From contig ML002368.1 of assembly GCA_003614675.1 (NCBI GenBank), positions 1 through 37,371 on the forward strand: DNA of 37,371 bases. The letters run 5' to 3'. The position numbers were made by a program, and so were the translations under genes. The number at the start of each line of letters is the position of its first letter. Positions within the stretch are counted from its first letter, which is position 1. Positions 36,177 through 37,371 of this stretch are shown here, one piece after another. The notes beneath the pieces are model-generated. The model saw only the letters and a program-made list of their open reading frames with translations, was not told the DNA's origin and searched no databases. This stretch comes from Dimargaris cristalligena. Taxonomy: Eukaryota.

Positions 36177-36849
36177 ATATATATAAACTCTGCAGTTCCA
36201 GTAGATTTAGAGAAATCAAGATTTCCCCAAGGGCAAAAGTTGAGTAACCCACTGATTTCTACAGTCTCATAGTTTATTACATGATTTACCATTTAATAAA
36301 TACATAATATACTTATAATATTCTGTACTTAAGTTCTCATTGAACTTAGCAATGGACCAGAGTCCACTATTAAGAATGTTGTGGCTTCCCCCTGCAATGA
36401 TGCCTTGTTAAGCCTAACTGGTCCACCAGGTCTCAGCTTTACTTATACACCCTTATATTTCATTCCTCTTGGTCTTTAAATATTGTGCAATGTTTTTCAT
36501 CAGGTATGTGGTTCTTACCCAACAGCCTTCCTTCATATTTCTGGCATATACATATAAATACTTCAATGCACCTTCAGTTCCTCACAGATATGTCATATTT
36601 GGGTAATGAATTAGTAATGACCTTTCTCTTGTTCCTTAGCATTCTTTAAGTAGTTCACCTACTTTCCCCATTCAAGACTGGCATAACTCAGCCAACTAGG
36701 CATTTAACCCCTTCCTTTATTTAGAATTCTATATATTGTAAAGAGAACTAACTGTATGCATCCCCTTGTTATTGGATTAAACATTGCTTTAACCAGCCAA
36801 AGCACTGTAATGGTTGACCCAGTCCATTTCCATTTTTGTTTCTCCCATC

Positions 36850-37371
36850 TGTTGGCCCTCCTAAACTGACCCAAATCTGGACTTAATAATCATCCACCCT
36901 TATTAGGCCTTATAGCACCATATTAACCCTCCCATAGTCACCCCCGGTACTATGGGATTGTCATTTATTATATAACCCTTCCCCTTCCAGCCCTAACACT
37001 TCACACAAAACACTCAACCTGCTGATCCAAAGCCTCTTCTGGTTCCCATGAGAGTCTTCCCAATATGAAGCCTGTCTGGTTAGTCTATACCTTAGTCTTA
37101 GTAGTATCTCCCCTTGGGACCTCCCTCTGGAGCTGTCCCCACATATATATAACTGGGCCCATCCTGGATTAGTTCGATTCCTTAGCTTATTCATATTCCC
37201 TAGTTTACCTTAATAAACTCTATATATGCTTACCCCCTCATACTAACTAGTAAGTGTACCCACTGTAAGGCCCTTGTATAATCCCATTACCTAAGCATTT
37301 ATTAGTTAGTACTGTGCCCCCATCCTAATGCTAGTAGCCCACTTGGCTGAGTCTAAGCCCTGCTTACCATT
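36850..37371 (+). mobile_element. LTR copy D, runs off the window end
   Basis: Starts TGTTGGCCCT (reverse complement of the A/B right end); TATATATAA 37144-37152 followed by AATAAA 37212-37217; collinear with A/B/C up to the window edge. Confidence 0.82.

Noticed and set aside
35783-37371. LTRs C and D as the two ends of one TRIM-like element
   Set aside because: No convincing PBS or correctly oriented polypurine tract in either orientation; C is truncated; the frames I translated in the 36177-36849 spacer are interrupted by stops.
1-37371. CRISPR arrays, tRNA/rRNA genes, prokaryotic operons, TPP riboswitch
   Set aside because: No regularly spaced repeats or recognisable structural-RNA signatures seen; the locus is eukaryotic. 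A covariance-model search would be needed to exclude small RNAs.

Overview
Eukaryotic, intron-containing DNA (GT-AG introns, CTAAC/CTGAC branch points), very likely fungal. Gene style suggests an early-diverging fungus, possibly a Dimargaris-like mycoparasite; this is inference and unverified. The core holds a cytoplasmic F-box gene (7844-9181), a full-length neurofibromin/IRA-type RasGAP (13691-23372, 2 exons), V-ATPase subunit C (24789-26553, 3 exons) and a small spliced acidic gene with a Tudor/SH3-like end (27966-28640). It is bracketed by a ~4 kb inverted duplication (213-4145 vs 31098-35475). Each arm carries a two-exon gene that the ORF track splits: exon 1 encodes a signal peptide directly followed by an F-box motif, and exon 2 an unrecognised ~420-aa body. 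These are candidate secreted F-box effectors and the most interesting element in the window. Four copies of a ~590-bp solo-LTR family lie at the edges; one has a 5-bp target-site duplication, and its empty site survives in the other arm. The LTRs and their flanks are almost CpG-free, with CG->TG/CA->TA hypermutation. Two apparently intergenic regions show chains of minus-strand splice signals without a long ORF (candidate divergent spliced ncRNAs). All alignments and counts were done by eye.
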